Assembly (NCBI GenBank): GCA_041497675.1
Contig: JBGQGY010000073.1
Location: 1 to 19,360 of the forward strand
Origin: a bacterium
GTDB lineage: Bacteria > Sysuimicrobiota > Sysuimicrobiia > Sysuimicrobiales > Humicultoraceae
Length of the DNA stretch: 19,360 bases
Reading direction: 5' to 3'
Below, piece after piece: positions 1-9,779 of the stretch. The notes beneath the pieces were generated by a model. That model did no database searches and was not told where the DNA came from. It saw only the letters and a list, made by a program, of their open reading frames with translations. Each line of letters opens with the position of its first letter. Within the stretch, counting starts at the first letter, position 1. The position numbers and the translations under genes were made by a program.

Positions 1-245
1 CCGGTGAGAGAGAGCCGCGTACTGGTGGAAGCGCGGCAACCGCGAGGCGGGGAATGGGCCCGTGAGGCATGAGACGAAGGGGTTGCGTCCCCGGTAGTCT
101 CATCGGCGGCTCCCACGAGACGGGAGCGCAAGTGCCGCGCGTCCCGCGCCGGTCGAACGGCTGACCAGCGGTGGCGTCGCGGAATCCGGGTGGCACCGCG
201 GGAGAACACCTCTCGTCCCCAATGGGGCGAGGGGTGTTTGTGTTT
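1..245 (+). ncRNA. T-box riboswitch leader, Trp-specific (5' end lies upstream of the window)
   Basis: Stem I apex: AG bulge GAGAGAGA 6-13, stem GCCGCG 14-19/CGCGGC 32-37, loop with GGTGGAA 24-30. Specifier loop GAA-TGG-G 52-58 (UGG = Trp). Stem II ATGAGAC 69-75/GTCTCAT 97-103 with GAA/GGTA S-turn-like internal loop. Stem IIA GCTCCC/GGGAGC 109-127. T-box sequence AATCCGGGTGGCACCGCG 183-200. Antiterminator: GGG188-190/CCC217-219, bulge TGGCACC 191-197, GCGGGAG198-204/CTCTCGT210-216. Sits directly upstream of a trp operon. Confidence 0.95.
205..245 (+). terminator. Intrinsic terminator of the T-box leader
   Basis: 15-bp stem AACACCTCTCGTCCC (205-219)/GGGGCGAGGGGTGTT (224-238) with two G-U pairs, loop CAAT, T-rich tail TTTGTGTTT (237-245). 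Shares 210-219 with the antiterminator, so the two are mutually exclusive. Confidence 0.88.
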
Positions 246-282
246 CGGGAACAGACAGAAGAGGGGACGGCGGGATGGGGTC

Positions 283-1299
283 ATGATCATCGTCATGTCC
301 GGCGCAGGAGAGGGGCAGGTGGAGGCCGTGGTCAAACGGGTGCATGCGGCGGGATTGAGCACGCACGTCTCGGTTGGCGTCTCGCGCACCGTGATCGGCG
401 TCGTGGGCGACGACCGGACCAAAGAGATGCTGCGGGAGTCGATCGAAGGGATGGAGGCCGTCGAGAAAGTCGTGGCGATCCTCCAGCCGTTCAAACTCGT
501 GAGCCGCGAGTTCAAAGCCGAAGACACGATCGTCCACGTGGGGCCGTGCACCATCGGCGGCCAGCGAGTGGCCGTGATGGCCGGGCCGTGCTCGGTGGAG
601 AGCCGCGAGCAGATCCTGGCGGCGGCCGAGGCCGTCAAGGCCGCCGGGGGGACGATCCTTCGCGGAGGCGCCTTCAAGCCTCGCACATCGCCGTACTCGT
701 TTCAGGGATTGGAAGAGGAAGGCCTACGGCTGCTGGCCGAGGCCCGCGCGCGCACTGGGCTCCCTGTGGTGACCGAGGCGATGGACGCGTCGCAGCTCGG
801 CTTGGTGGCGCGTTACGCCGACATGATCCAGATCGGCGCGCGCAACATGCAGAACTACCCGCTGCTCCGCGAGGCGGGAAGAGCGAGACTCCCGGTGCTG
901 CTCAAGCGAGGCATCAGCGCGACGATTGAAGAGCTGCTGCTGGCCGCCGAGTACATATTGAACGAGGGCAACTACCAGGTCGTGCTCTGTGAGCGCGGCA
1001 TCCGAGGGTTCGATCCGCAGACGCGATTCACGCTGGATCTTGCCGCCATCCCTGTCCTGAAGCGCCTGACGCACCTGCCGGTCGTCATCGATCCGAGTCA
1101 AGCGACCGGGCGGTGGCGATATGTTCCACCGATGGCGCGCGCGGCGATCGCGGCGGGAGCAGACGGGCTGATCCTCGAGGTCCATCCCGACCCGGCGAAC
1201 GCGTTGAGCGACGGGCCCCAGTCGCTGAATTTGGAGAACTTCGCTGAATTGATGCGGTCGCTGCGACCGCTCGCCGATGCCGTCGGGCGGAGGCTCTAG
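283..1299 (+). CDS. aroF: DAHP synthase (3-deoxy-7-phosphoheptulonate synthase), type I-beta with N-terminal regulatory domain
   Basis: ATG 283 (MIIVMS...) lies after the T-box terminator. Motifs [61 protein letters not shown]. 338 aa. Confidence 0.95.
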   Translation: MIIVMSGAGEGQVEAVVKRVHAAGLSTHVSVGVSRTVIGVVGDDRTKEMLRESIEGMEAVEKVVAILQPFKLVSREFKAEDTIVHVGPCTIGGQRVAVMAGPCSVESREQILAAAEAVKAAGGTILRGGAFKPRTSPYSFQGLEEEGLRLLAEARARTGLPVVTEAMDASQLGLVARYADMIQIGARNMQNYPLLREAGRARLPVLLKRGISATIEELLLAAEYILNEGNYQVVLCERGIRGFDPQTRFTLDLAAIPVLKRLTHLPVVIDPSQATGRWRYVPPMARAAIAAGADGLILEVHPDPANALSDGPQSLNLENFAELMRSLRPLADAVGRRL

Positions 1300-1300
1300 C

Positions 1301-2182
1301 GTGAGCGACTCTCCCGCCGCGCCCGGCTCATTTACCTCCGGCGCATATCCGCGGGCCGCGGCGGTTATCGGCCTGGGGTTGATCGGTGGTTCGCTTGCAT
1401 TGAGGCTCCGGGCTGCCGGCGTGCGGGTCACGGGCATCGACGTCGATGCCCAAGTCCTCGCCGCCGCGCGCGCGCGACACGCCGTCGATCAAGGCAGCGA
1501 CGCGCTTGCCGCTGCAGCCACCGCCGACCTGGTGATCATCGCGACGCCGCTCGACCGGATTGCGGAGATCGCCATCGCCGTGGCGCCGTCCCTGCGACCT
1601 GGGACCGTGCTGACCGATACCGGCAGCGTCAAGGCGCCCGTGGTCGCGGCGATCGAGGCGGCGTTGCCCGCGAGCGTGCACTTCGTGGGCGGTCATCCCA
1701 TCGCGGGCAGTGAGGGACAGGGCTTCGCGGCGGCAGACCCCCGGATACTCGACGGGCGGCCGTTCGTGCTGACGCCGACGTCCCGGACGCACCCCGATGC
1801 GGTGGCGGCCATGCGGGATCTGATCGTCCGGCTGGGCATGCGGCCGGTGTTCCTCGACCCCGTCCAGCACGATGAACTGGCCGCGCAGATCAGCCACCTG
1901 CCGTATCTGGTGAGTCTGGCACTCCGGCGGGCGGCCGGCGGCGATGCGCTGGCGATCGCCGGCCGCGGGTTCGACGATATGACGCGGATCGCGCGCAGTC
2001 CCGCGGCGATGTGGGACGCGGTCTGCCGGTCGAACCGGGCGGCCATCTTGCGCGCGCTGGCGAGTTTCGAAGGCGAACTGGCGCGTCTCCACCGCGCGCT
2101 TGAATCCGATCGAATGGGCGACGCGCTTCCTCCAGACACGGAGGCCGCGCACATCATTTCGGGACAGCGAGGCGACCGATGA
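1301..2182 (+). CDS. tyrA: Prephenate/arogenate dehydrogenase (TyrA family)
   Basis: GTG 1301 preceded by GGAGG 1289-1293. Rossmann motif GLGLIGGS, then DTGSVK, GGHPIAGSE, HD..AA.ISHLPY, DMTRIA. No C-terminal ACT domain. Confidence 0.9.
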   Translation: MSDSPAAPGSFTSGAYPRAAAVIGLGLIGGSLALRLRAAGVRVTGIDVDAQVLAAARARHAVDQGSDALAAAATADLVIIATPLDRIAEIAIAVAPSLRPGTVLTDTGSVKAPVVAAIEAALPASVHFVGGHPIAGSEGQGFAAADPRILDGRPFVLTPTSRTHPDAVAAMRDLIVRLGMRPVFLDPVQHDELAAQISHLPYLVSLALRRAAGGDALAIAGRGFDDMTRIARSPAAMWDAVCRSNRAAILRALASFEGELARLHRALESDRMGDALPPDTEAAHIISGQRGDR

Positions 2183-3684
2183 GCCGTTTGGAGATCTCTC
2201 CGACGAAGACCGAATTCCTGTCACGCGCTCGAGACGGCAATCTGATCCCCGTCGTGTGCAGTCTGGCGGCGGATCTCGAGACGCCCATCTCCGCCTTCCT
2301 GAAACTGCGTAACGGCGGCGAGGCCTACCTGCTCGAAAGCGTCGAGGGCGGCGAGAAGCTGGGCCGCTATTCATTTATCGGCACGCGGCCGACGGTCAGG
2401 GTCCGCGCCTACGATCGTCAGGTAGAGGTGTGGCAGCCGACGGGTGCATACACGGTCGAGGCTGATCCGCTCGATGTGGCCAGGGGGCTATTGGCCCGGT
2501 ACCGGCCGGTACCGCACCCGGGTCTGCCGCGGTTCTACGGCGGCGCGGTCGGGTACTTCGGCTACGACTGTGTGCGTTTGTGGGAGCGACTGCCCAACCG
2601 GCCGCCCGACGACCTGGGTCTGCCGACCTGCTACCTTGTCATCACCGACGCGGTGGTGATCTTTGACCACGTGACGCACGCGATGCGGATTGTGGCCAAC
2701 GCAATGATCGGCGACGACGCGGGTAAGGCGTACCAAGCCGCGGTCGAGACGATCGAGGCCATCTACGATCAGTTGCGGCAGCCGCTCGTGCCGCCGGAGT
2801 CGACCGGCCGCATCGAGCCCATGATGGATCAGGAGATGTCGACGCTCGACTACGTGCGGGCGGTCGAGCGCGCGCGGGAGTACGTGGCGGCCGGGGATAT
2901 CTTCCAGGTGGTGCTGTCACGCCGGTTTTCGGCGCGCACCACGGGTGTGGACGCGCTGGAAGTCTACCGGGCGCTTCGGATGGTGAACCCGTCGCCGTAC
3001 ATGTTCTTCCTCGACTTCGACGGGGTGAAGATCATCGGGTCATCGCCGGAGATGCTGGTCCGGCTGGAGGACGGCATCGTCGAGACGCGCCCGCTGGCGG
3101 GCACCCGTCCCCGGGGCCTGAATGACGACGATGACCGCCGCATGGAGATGGAGTTGCTCGGCGACGAGAAGGAGCGAGCCGAGCACGTCATGCTGATCGA
3201 CCTGGGGCGAAACGACATCGGCCGGGTGTGCCGGTACGGCACGGTTGAGGTCAACGACTTGATGTTCATCGAGCGGTTTAGTCATGTGATGCACATTGCG
3301 AGCAACGTGCGCGGGCAGGTCGACGCCGGTCGCGACGCCTTCGACGTGTTGCGCGCGTGTTTCCCGGCCGGGACGGTGACCGGGGCGCCCAAAATCAGGG
3401 CGATGGAAATCATCGACGAGCTCGAGCCGACCTCGCGCGGCCCGTATGCCGGGTGTGTCGGCTATGTGGGCTACTCGGGCAACATGGACACGGCGTTGAC
3501 GCTGCGCACGATCGTGATGGCCGGTGATCGCGCCTACGTGCAGGCGGGCGCCGGGATCGTCGCGGACTCGGTCCCCGAGCGCGAGTACGTGGAAACAGTC
3601 AACAAGGCCAAGGCGCTCGTGCGGGCGCTCGAGATCGTGGGCCGCACGCGCGAACCGCTGCTGCGGGTGGGGGCGATGCGATGA
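2179..3684 (+). CDS. trpE: Anthranilate synthase component I
   Basis: LLESVEGGEKLGRYSF, GDIFQVVLS, NPSPYM, SSPEML, PLAGTRPRG, KERAEHVMLIDLGRND, FPAGTVTGAPKIRAM, QAGAGIVADS. Trp-feedback motifs LLES and NPSPYM are intact. ATGA overlap with tyrA. Confidence 0.96.
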   Translation: MSRLEISPTKTEFLSRARDGNLIPVVCSLAADLETPISAFLKLRNGGEAYLLESVEGGEKLGRYSFIGTRPTVRVRAYDRQVEVWQPTGAYTVEADPLDVARGLLARYRPVPHPGLPRFYGGAVGYFGYDCVRLWERLPNRPPDDLGLPTCYLVITDAVVIFDHVTHAMRIVANAMIGDDAGKAYQAAVETIEAIYDQLRQPLVPPESTGRIEPMMDQEMSTLDYVRAVERAREYVAAGDIFQVVLSRRFSARTTGVDALEVYRALRMVNPSPYMFFLDFDGVKIIGSSPEMLVRLEDGIVETRPLAGTRPRGLNDDDDRRMEMELLGDEKERAEHVMLIDLGRNDIGRVCRYGTVEVNDLMFIERFSHVMHIASNVRGQVDAGRDAFDVLRACFPAGTVTGAPKIRAMEIIDELEPTSRGPYAGCVGYVGYSGNMDTALTLRTIVMAGDRAYVQAGAGIVADSVPEREYVETVNKAKALVRALEIVGRTREPLLRVGAMR

Positions 3685-4295
3685 TCGCCGTCATCGACAA
3701 CTACGACTCATTTACGTATAACCTGGTGCAGTACCTCGGCGCATTGGGCGCCGAGATCGAGGTGTACCGCAACGATGCCATCTCGGTTGATCAACTAGGC
3801 GCGCGGCGACCGCGGGCGATCGTCATCTCGCCCGGACCCTGCACGCCAAGACAAGCCGGGATCTCGGTCGAGGTCATTCGAACCCTGGGCCGCGACATTC
3901 CCCTGCTGGGGGTGTGTCTGGGACACCAGGCGATCGGCGAAGCGTTTGGCGGCCGGGTCGTGCGCGCGCCCGTTCCGGTGCACGGCAAGACCTCGATGAT
4001 CCAGCACGACGGGCGCACGATCTATCAGGGTCTACCATTGCCGTTTGAGGCGACGCGGTATCATTCGCTGATCGTGTCGCGCGAGGGCCTGCCCGACGAC
4101 CTCGACGTGTCGGCGCATCTCGCAGACGGCACGATCATGGGTCTGCGCCATCGAACGCTGCCGGTCGAGGGTGTGCAGTTTCATCCCGAGTCGGTGATGA
4201 CCGCCGTCGGTAAGGCGATCCTGGCCCGGTTTCTCGATCTGGCCGGGATCCCACGCCGCCCGCTGGAGGCCGCCGGCAAGGAGGGCACGCGATGA
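3681..4295 (+). CDS. trpG: Anthranilate synthase component II (glutamine amidotransferase)
   Basis: IDNYDSFTYNL, ISPGPC.P, LGVCLGHQ, RYHSL, GVQFHPES (Cys-His-Glu triad). ATGA overlap with trpE. Confidence 0.96.
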   Translation: MIAVIDNYDSFTYNLVQYLGALGAEIEVYRNDAISVDQLGARRPRAIVISPGPCTPRQAGISVEVIRTLGRDIPLLGVCLGHQAIGEAFGGRVVRAPVPVHGKTSMIQHDGRTIYQGLPLPFEATRYHSLIVSREGLPDDLDVSAHLADGTIMGLRHRTLPVEGVQFHPESVMTAVGKAILARFLDLAGIPRRPLEAAGKEGTR

Positions 4296-5302
4296 TCCGC
4301 GAGTCGATCCGTGCCGTCGCCGACCGCCAGTCGCTTTCAGAGCAGGACGCGTGGGCCGCGATGGGCGAGATCATGGACGGGCAGACGACGCCGGCCCAGA
4401 TTGCCGCGTTTATTACGGCGCTGCGGATGCGCGGTGAAACCGTCGACGAGATCGCCGGTTTTGCGCGCGCGATGCGCGAGCGCGCGCTACGCGTGATTCC
4501 CCGCGTCGACCGATTGATCGACGTCGTCGGCACGGGCGGAGACCGCGTGAGCACGTTCAACATCTCGACGACGACGGCGTTCGTCGTCGCGGGGGCCGGT
4601 GGGTACGTGGCCAAACACGGGAACCGGGCCGTGAGCCGGCAGTCCGGGGCGGCCGACGTGCTGGAGGCGCTGGGTGTGAACATCCAGGTGGCGCCGGAGA
4701 TCGTGCAGCGGTGTATCGAGGACATCGGCATCGGGTTCCTCTTTGCGCCCATCTATCATTCGGCGATGAAGCACGCGGCCGGACCGCGCAAAGAGATCGG
4801 GATCCGCACCGTGTTCAATATCCTGGGCCCGCTGGCGAACCCGGCCGGCGCATCGAGCCTGCTGGTCGGCACCTATGATCCGGCGCTCGTCCGCATCATG
4901 GCGGAGGTGCTTGGTGAGCTCGGCGTGCGGCGCGCGATGGTGGTCCACGGCGACGGGATGGACGAGATGTCGACGCTGGGCAAGACCAAGGTGGCCGAAT
5001 TGCGGGAAGGGCGCATCTCGGTGTCCAGCGTCGATCCGACGTCGCTTGGGATCAAGGCGCCTGCTCCTGAAGCCATCGCCGGCGGGACGCCGCAGCAGAA
5101 CGCCGAGGTCACCACGAAGGTCCTGCGAGGCGAGCCGGGACCCGCTCGGGACATCGTCCTGCTCAACGCCGCGGCGGCGCTGGTGGCAGGAGAGCTGGCC
5201 GAGGACCTGCGGGACGCCATGAAACTGGCCGCCCGGGCGATCGATTCGGGGGCGGCCTACGAGAAGCTCGAAGCCTTGCGGGTCGCGACACGCGCCGCCT
5301 GA
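4292..5302 (+). CDS. trpD: Anthranilate phosphoribosyltransferase
   Basis: D.VGTGGD, TFNIST, KHGNRAVS...GAADVLEALG, RTVFNILGPL.NP, GMDE. Confidence 0.96.
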   Translation: MIRESIRAVADRQSLSEQDAWAAMGEIMDGQTTPAQIAAFITALRMRGETVDEIAGFARAMRERALRVIPRVDRLIDVVGTGGDRVSTFNISTTTAFVVAGAGGYVAKHGNRAVSRQSGAADVLEALGVNIQVAPEIVQRCIEDIGIGFLFAPIYHSAMKHAAGPRKEIGIRTVFNILGPLANPAGASSLLVGTYDPALVRIMAEVLGELGVRRAMVVHGDGMDEMSTLGKTKVAELREGRISVSSVDPTSLGIKAPAPEAIAGGTPQQNAEVTTKVLRGEPGPARDIVLLNAAAALVAGELAEDLRDAMKLAARAIDSGAAYEKLEALRVATRAA

Positions 5303-5304
5303 AT

Positions 5305-6123
5305 ATGTCGATCTTGGCCGAGATCATCGCGCACAAGCGCCAGGAGGTGGCGGCGAACCGCGTTGCCATGCCGCTCACGGCCGTGCAGGCGCGCGCGGCG
5401 GCCTCGTCACCGGCGCGGGATTTCGCCGCCGCGGTTGCGGGGCCGCCTGTGCGAATCATCGCCGAGGTGAAACGCGCGTCACCGGCACGCGGGGTGATCC
5501 GGGAGGATGCCGACCCGGCCGCCGCGGCGCGACGCTATGAAGCCGCGGGAGCCGCTGCCGTGTCGGTGCTGACCGACCGGCGCTACTTCAAGGGCAGCGC
5601 CGAAGATTTGCAGGCGGTACGGGCGGCTGTCGGACTCCCGGTGCTGCGCAAAGACTTCGTGGTGGACGCCTATCAGATTTACGAAGCGCGGGCACTGGGC
5701 GCCGATGCGGTACTGTTGATCGCCGGCAGCATCCCGACCGGCGACCTGGCCGCGTTGGGGCGGCTGGCCGTGGACCTCGGGATGACGCCCTTGTACGAGG
5801 CGCACGCCGAGGCAGAGGTCGATGAGGTATTGGCCTGCGGGGCGCGGGTCGTGGGCATCAACAACCGCGATCTGAAGACCCTAATGGTCGATCTGGGAAC
5901 GACGGGCCGGTTGCGGCCCAGGATCCCGGCCGGCGTCGTCGTGATCAGCGAGAGCGGCGTCGAGACGCCTGACGACGTGGCGCGCGTCTGCCGCGCCGGG
6001 ATCAACGCGATCCTGGTGGGGACGGCGCTGATGGCCAGCGCCGATCCGTCGGCGCACCTGCGCGCGCTGCGCGCGGCTGCCGAACACGTGGGCACCGAGC
6101 AGACTGGAGGTTCGCGGACATGA
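5305..6123 (+). CDS. trpC: Indole-3-glycerol phosphate synthase
   Basis: IIAEVKRASP, SVLTD..YFKGS, PVLRKDF, GADAVLLI, GINNRDL, ISESG, LVGTALM. Confidence 0.96.
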   Translation: MSILAEIIAHKRQEVAANRVAMPLTAVQARAAASSPARDFAAAVAGPPVRIIAEVKRASPARGVIREDADPAAAARRYEAAGAAAVSVLTDRRYFKGSAEDLQAVRAAVGLPVLRKDFVVDAYQIYEARALGADAVLLIAGSIPTGDLAALGRLAVDLGMTPLYEAHAEAEVDEVLACGARVVGINNRDLKTLMVDLGTTGRLRPRIPAGVVVISESGVETPDDVARVCRAGINAILVGTALMASADPSAHLRALRAAAEHVGTEQTGGSRT

Positions 6124-7136
6124 AGAAGGGGCGCCTGCTGACCGGTGATCGCCCCACCGGCAAGCTGCACCTGGGGCACTATGTCGGGACGCTGGCCAAC
6201 CGCGTCCGGTTGCAGGAAGACTATGATTGTTTCTTTCTGCTGGCCGACTATCATATCCTGACCACACGGCTCGAGCACCTCGACGAGATCGAGCAGAACA
6301 TCCGCGAGATCGTGCTCGACTACTTGAGCGTCGGCATCGACCCTGAACGATCGACGATCGTCCTGCAGTCGGCTGTGCCGCAGATTCCCGAGCTGCAGCT
6401 GATCTTTGCCATGCTCGTGCCGGTCCCGCGGCTTCAGCGTGTTCCGACGCTAAAGGAAGTGATGCGGGATCTGCACATCACTCAGCCGTCGGCCGGTCTG
6501 CTGAACTATCCCGTGCTGCAGGCGGCGGACATCCTGAGCGTGCGCGGTGAGATCGTCCCCGTTGGGAAAGATCAGGCGTCGCACCTCGAGCTCACACGCG
6601 AGATCGCCCGGCGTTTCAACGAGCTGTTCGCGCCGGTCTTTCCGGAGCCCGAGACGCTGATCGGCGAGGTCGGCACGCTGCCCGGCACCGACGGCAAGGC
6701 GAAGATGAGCAAGTCGGTGGGGAACGTGATCTATTTGTCTGACGATCCCGAGACCGTCACCCAGCGCGTGATGCGCATGTACACTGATCCGAATCGGATC
6801 CACCCAACTGATCCGGGCACCGTTGAAGGCAACCCGGTCTTTGTCTATCATGACGCATTCAACGCCAACAAAGCCGAAGTCGCTGATCTCAAGGAGCGTT
6901 ACCGTGGCGGCCGGGTTGGTGACGTCGAGGTAAAGAAACGGCTGGCGGTCGGGCTCAATGCGTTTCTTGAGCCCATCCGCGAACGCCGCGCTCGGTTTGC
7001 GTCCCGGCCCGAACTGGTCGACGAGATCATCGTGGAAGGCAGCCGTCGCGCGCGCTCTCTCGCGGCCGACACGCTTGAACGCGCCCGCGAGGGGATGAAG
7101 ATGGCGTACTATCGCGGCGTCCGCGAACGCGCATGA
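6120..7136 (+). CDS. trpS: Tryptophan--tRNA ligase
   Basis: TGDRPTGKLHLGH (HIGH motif), YPVLQAADIL, VPVGKDQ..HLELTREIARRFN, KMSKS, MYTDP. ATGA overlaps with both trpC and trpF. Confidence 0.96.
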   Translation: MKKGRLLTGDRPTGKLHLGHYVGTLANRVRLQEDYDCFFLLADYHILTTRLEHLDEIEQNIREIVLDYLSVGIDPERSTIVLQSAVPQIPELQLIFAMLVPVPRLQRVPTLKEVMRDLHITQPSAGLLNYPVLQAADILSVRGEIVPVGKDQASHLELTREIARRFNELFAPVFPEPETLIGEVGTLPGTDGKAKMSKSVGNVIYLSDDPETVTQRVMRMYTDPNRIHPTDPGTVEGNPVFVYHDAFNANKAEVADLKERYRGGRVGDVEVKKRLAVGLNAFLEPIRERRARFASRPELVDEIIVEGSRRARSLAADTLERAREGMKMAYYRGVRERA

Positions 7137-7777
7137 TCAGGGTCAAGATCTGCGGGATTCGCACGGAGGCCGATGCGGTCATGGCCGCGGAGGCCGGTGC
7201 CGATGCGATCGGCATGATCTTTGCGCCCGGGGCCCGGCGGCAGATCGATGCGGCGCAGGCCCGGCGTATCGCCGCCGCCCTGCCGCCTTTTGTCACGAGG
7301 GTCGGCGTGTTCGTCAACGAGCCCCTGGACCGCGTTCGCGCGCTGGTCGACACGATCCGTCTGGACGCGGTGCAACTGCAGGGGGACGAGACACCCGAGG
7401 ATTGCGCGACGGTGCGGGAGTGGGGTGTGACCGTGATCCGAGCGATCCAGGTAGCCGGTCCGCTCGATGCCGCCGCCCTGCGCGCGCTGCCCGTGCACGC
7501 CGTGCTGCTGGACACGTACCGGCCGGGCGTGCGTGGCGGCACCGGCGAGACGTTCGATTGGTCGCATGCGGTACCGGTGGCGCGCTGCATGCCCGTGATC
7601 CTCTCGGGTGGGCTCCGGCCTGAGTTCGTTGCCGAAGGCGTCAGGATGGTGCATCCGTACGGGGTCGACGTCAGCTCCGGTGTCGAGACCGATGGCCGGA
7701 AGGATCCGGCGAAGATTCAGGCGTTCATTCTCGCGGCCCGCTCGGCGGATTCTCCGCGAGAGCAGGTGCGTCAATGA
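7133..7777 (+). CDS. trpF: Phosphoribosylanthranilate isomerase
   Basis: VKICGI, GADAIG, VGVFVN, VQLQGDE, LLD....[23 protein letters not shown]. Confidence 0.95.
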   Translation: MIRVKICGIRTEADAVMAAEAGADAIGMIFAPGARRQIDAAQARRIAAALPPFVTRVGVFVNEPLDRVRALVDTIRLDAVQLQGDETPEDCATVREWGVTVIRAIQVAGPLDAAALRALPVHAVLLDTYRPGVRGGTGETFDWSHAVPVARCMPVILSGGLRPEFVAEGVRMVHPYGVDVSSGVETDGRKDPAKIQAFILAARSADSPREQVRQ

Positions 7778-8967
7778 GTATGCAGGTGGCGGGTCTGGGG
7801 ACCGGGCGGTTTGGGCGGTTTGGTGGGCGTTATGTCCCGGAAACACTGATCCCGGCGCTCGACGAGCTCGAGGCCGCGTATGCCCGCCTGTCGACTGATC
7901 CCGGGTTCTGCGCCGAGTTGGACCAGGCGCTGCATCATTATTGCGGACGGCCCACTCCCGTGTACTTCGCGAGCCGCTTGTCGGACGAACTCGGCGTCCG
8001 GATCTACCTCAAGCGCGAAGACCTGCTGCACACGGGCGCGCACAAGATCAATAACGCGCTTGGGCAGGTGTTTCTGGCGAGGCGCATGGGGAAGCAACGG
8101 ATCATCGCCGAGACGGGTGCGGGTCAGCACGGCGTGGCGACCGCCACAGCCGCCGCCGTGTCGGGGCTGCCGTGCGAGGTGTACATGGGATCCGAGGACG
8201 TCGAGCGTCAAAGCCTCAACGTCTTCCGGATGCGGTTGCTCGGCGCGAAGGTCATCCCCGTCGAGTCCGGCAGCCGGACCCTCAAAGATGCCATCAACGA
8301 GGCGCTGCGTGACTGGGTCACCAACGTCGCGACCACGTTCTACGTGATCGGATCGGTCGTCGGACCGCATCCGTATCCGACGCTCGTGCGCGATTTTCAG
8401 GCGATCATCGGGCGCGAAGCCCGCGAGCAGGTTCGGGAACAAACCGGCCGGCTCCCCGACGTCATCGTGGCATGTGTAGGCGGTGGCAGCAACGCGATCG
8501 GTCTCTTTCACGCGTTCCGCGACGACCCGGTCAGACTGATCGGCGTGGAAGCCGGTGGTGACGGCGTCCAGACCGGGCGCCACGCGGCCACGCTGGTGGC
8601 CGGCGCGCCCGGGGTGCTGCACGGCGCCATGAGTTATCTGCTGCAGGACGCGCAGGGACAGGTGATGGAGACGCACTCGATCTCGGCCGGGCTGGACTAT
8701 CCCGGCGTGGGCCCCGAGCACGCGTTTCTCAAGGAATCCGGGCGCGCGGAGTACGTCGCCGCCGACGACCGGACCGCGCTGGATGGCTTCCGGCTGCTGG
8801 CGCGCACTGAAGGCATTCTCTCCGCGCTCGAGCCTGCGCACGCGATCGGCTACCTTCGCGAGCTGGCGCCGTCGCTGCCGCGTGGATCGGTGGTGCTCGT
8901 CGGGTTGTCCGGCCGCGGGGACAAAGACGTCCACGTGGTCGCGAAGGCGTTGGGCGAGACACTGTGA
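7774..8967 (+). CDS. trpB: Tryptophan synthase beta chain
   Basis: [28 protein letters not shown] (PLP lysine), [43 protein letters not shown]. Confidence 0.97.
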   Translation: MSMQVAGLGTGRFGRFGGRYVPETLIPALDELEAAYARLSTDPGFCAELDQALHHYCGRPTPVYFASRLSDELGVRIYLKREDLLHTGAHKINNALGQVFLARRMGKQRIIAETGAGQHGVATATAAAVSGLPCEVYMGSEDVERQSLNVFRMRLLGAKVIPVESGSRTLKDAINEALRDWVTNVATTFYVIGSVVGPHPYPTLVRDFQAIIGREAREQVREQTGRLPDVIVACVGGGSNAIGLFHAFRDDPVRLIGVEAGGDGVQTGRHAATLVAGAPGVLHGAMSYLLQDAQGQVMETHSISAGLDYPGVGPEHAFLKESGRAEYVAADDRTALDGFRLLARTEGILSALEPAHAIGYLRELAPSLPRGSVVLVGLSGRGDKDVHVVAKALGETL

Positions 8968-9779
8968 GCCGGATCGCGGCCACGTTCGAGACGCTCCGCG
9001 CGCAGCGCCGGCGGGCGCTGATCCCGTTCGTCATGGGGGGAGACCCATCGCTCGATGCGACGGCGTCGTTTCTGCTGCGGTTCGCAGCGGCCGGCGCCGA
9101 TGTGCTCGAGATTGGGGTGCCGTTTTCGGACCCGATCGCCGATGGGCCGATCAACCAGCGCGCGGCGCAACGGGCGCTCACAACGGGGGTTGGGTTGCGC
9201 GACATCCTCGCGCTCGTCAAGCTCGTTCGGCCGCGCGTCACGCAGCCCGTGGTCCTGCTGACGTACTACAATCCGGTCCTGCAGTACGGGCTCGAGGCCT
9301 TCTGCCGGGACGCTCCCGCTGCGGGCGTCGATGGCGTTGTCATCCCCGACCTGCCGCCGGAGGAAGGCGACCCCCTTCGCGCGGCCGCTTCGCCACGCGG
9401 TCTCGACACCATCTTTCTTGCCGCACCGACCAGCACCGACGAACGTTTGGCGCGTGTCGCCGCCGGAAGCAGCGGTTTCGTCTATTGTGTCTCCCTGACC
9501 GGCGTCACCGGCGTGCGGACAACTATCGCCGGTGACATTGGCGCGCTCGTGAGCCGGCTGCGCCGGCAGACGACACTGCCGGTGTGTGTGGGGTTCGGCG
9601 TGTCGACGCCGGAGCACGCGCGGCAGGTGGCCTCCGTCGCGGACGGTGTGATCGTCGGGAGCGCCATTGTCTCCATCGTGGAGCGCGAGGGCGCATCGGC
9701 CGGTGCAGCGCTGGAAGGCTTCATTCGAAACCTCCGCGCAGGCATCGACGCCGCGGCCGGCTCACACGCCGGAGGATGA
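8964..9779 (+). CDS. trpA: Tryptophan synthase alpha chain
   Basis: GTG start overlapping the trpB stop (GTGA). [53 protein letters not shown]. Confidence 0.97.
   Translation: MSRIAATFETLRAQRRRALIPFVMGGDPSLDATASFLLRFAAAGADVLEIGVPFSDPIADGPINQRAAQRALTTGVGLRDILALVKLVRPRVTQPVVLLTYYNPVLQYGLEAFCRDAPAAGVDGVVIPDLPPEEGDPLRAAASPRGLDTIFLAAPTSTDERLARVAAGSSGFVYCVSLTGVTGVRTTIAGDIGALVSRLRRQTTLPVCVGFGVSTPEHARQVASVADGVIVGSAIVSIVEREGASAGAALEGFIRNLRAGIDAAAGSHAGG

Noticed and set aside
190..282. N-terminal extension of aroF in the ORF track (start 190)
   Set aside because: It runs through the T-box antiterminator and terminator; family similarity begins at ATG 283.
1..282. Ribosome-mediated trpL leader-peptide attenuator
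   Set aside because: No short ORF with tandem Trp codons is present; the T-box elements explain the leader.
100..9617. Many overlapping alternative-frame and antisense ORFs across the trp operon (e.g. 171-929, 1328-2374, 7771-8934)
   Set aside because: They overlap well-supported genes, carry no motifs and are expected from stop-codon scarcity at high GC.
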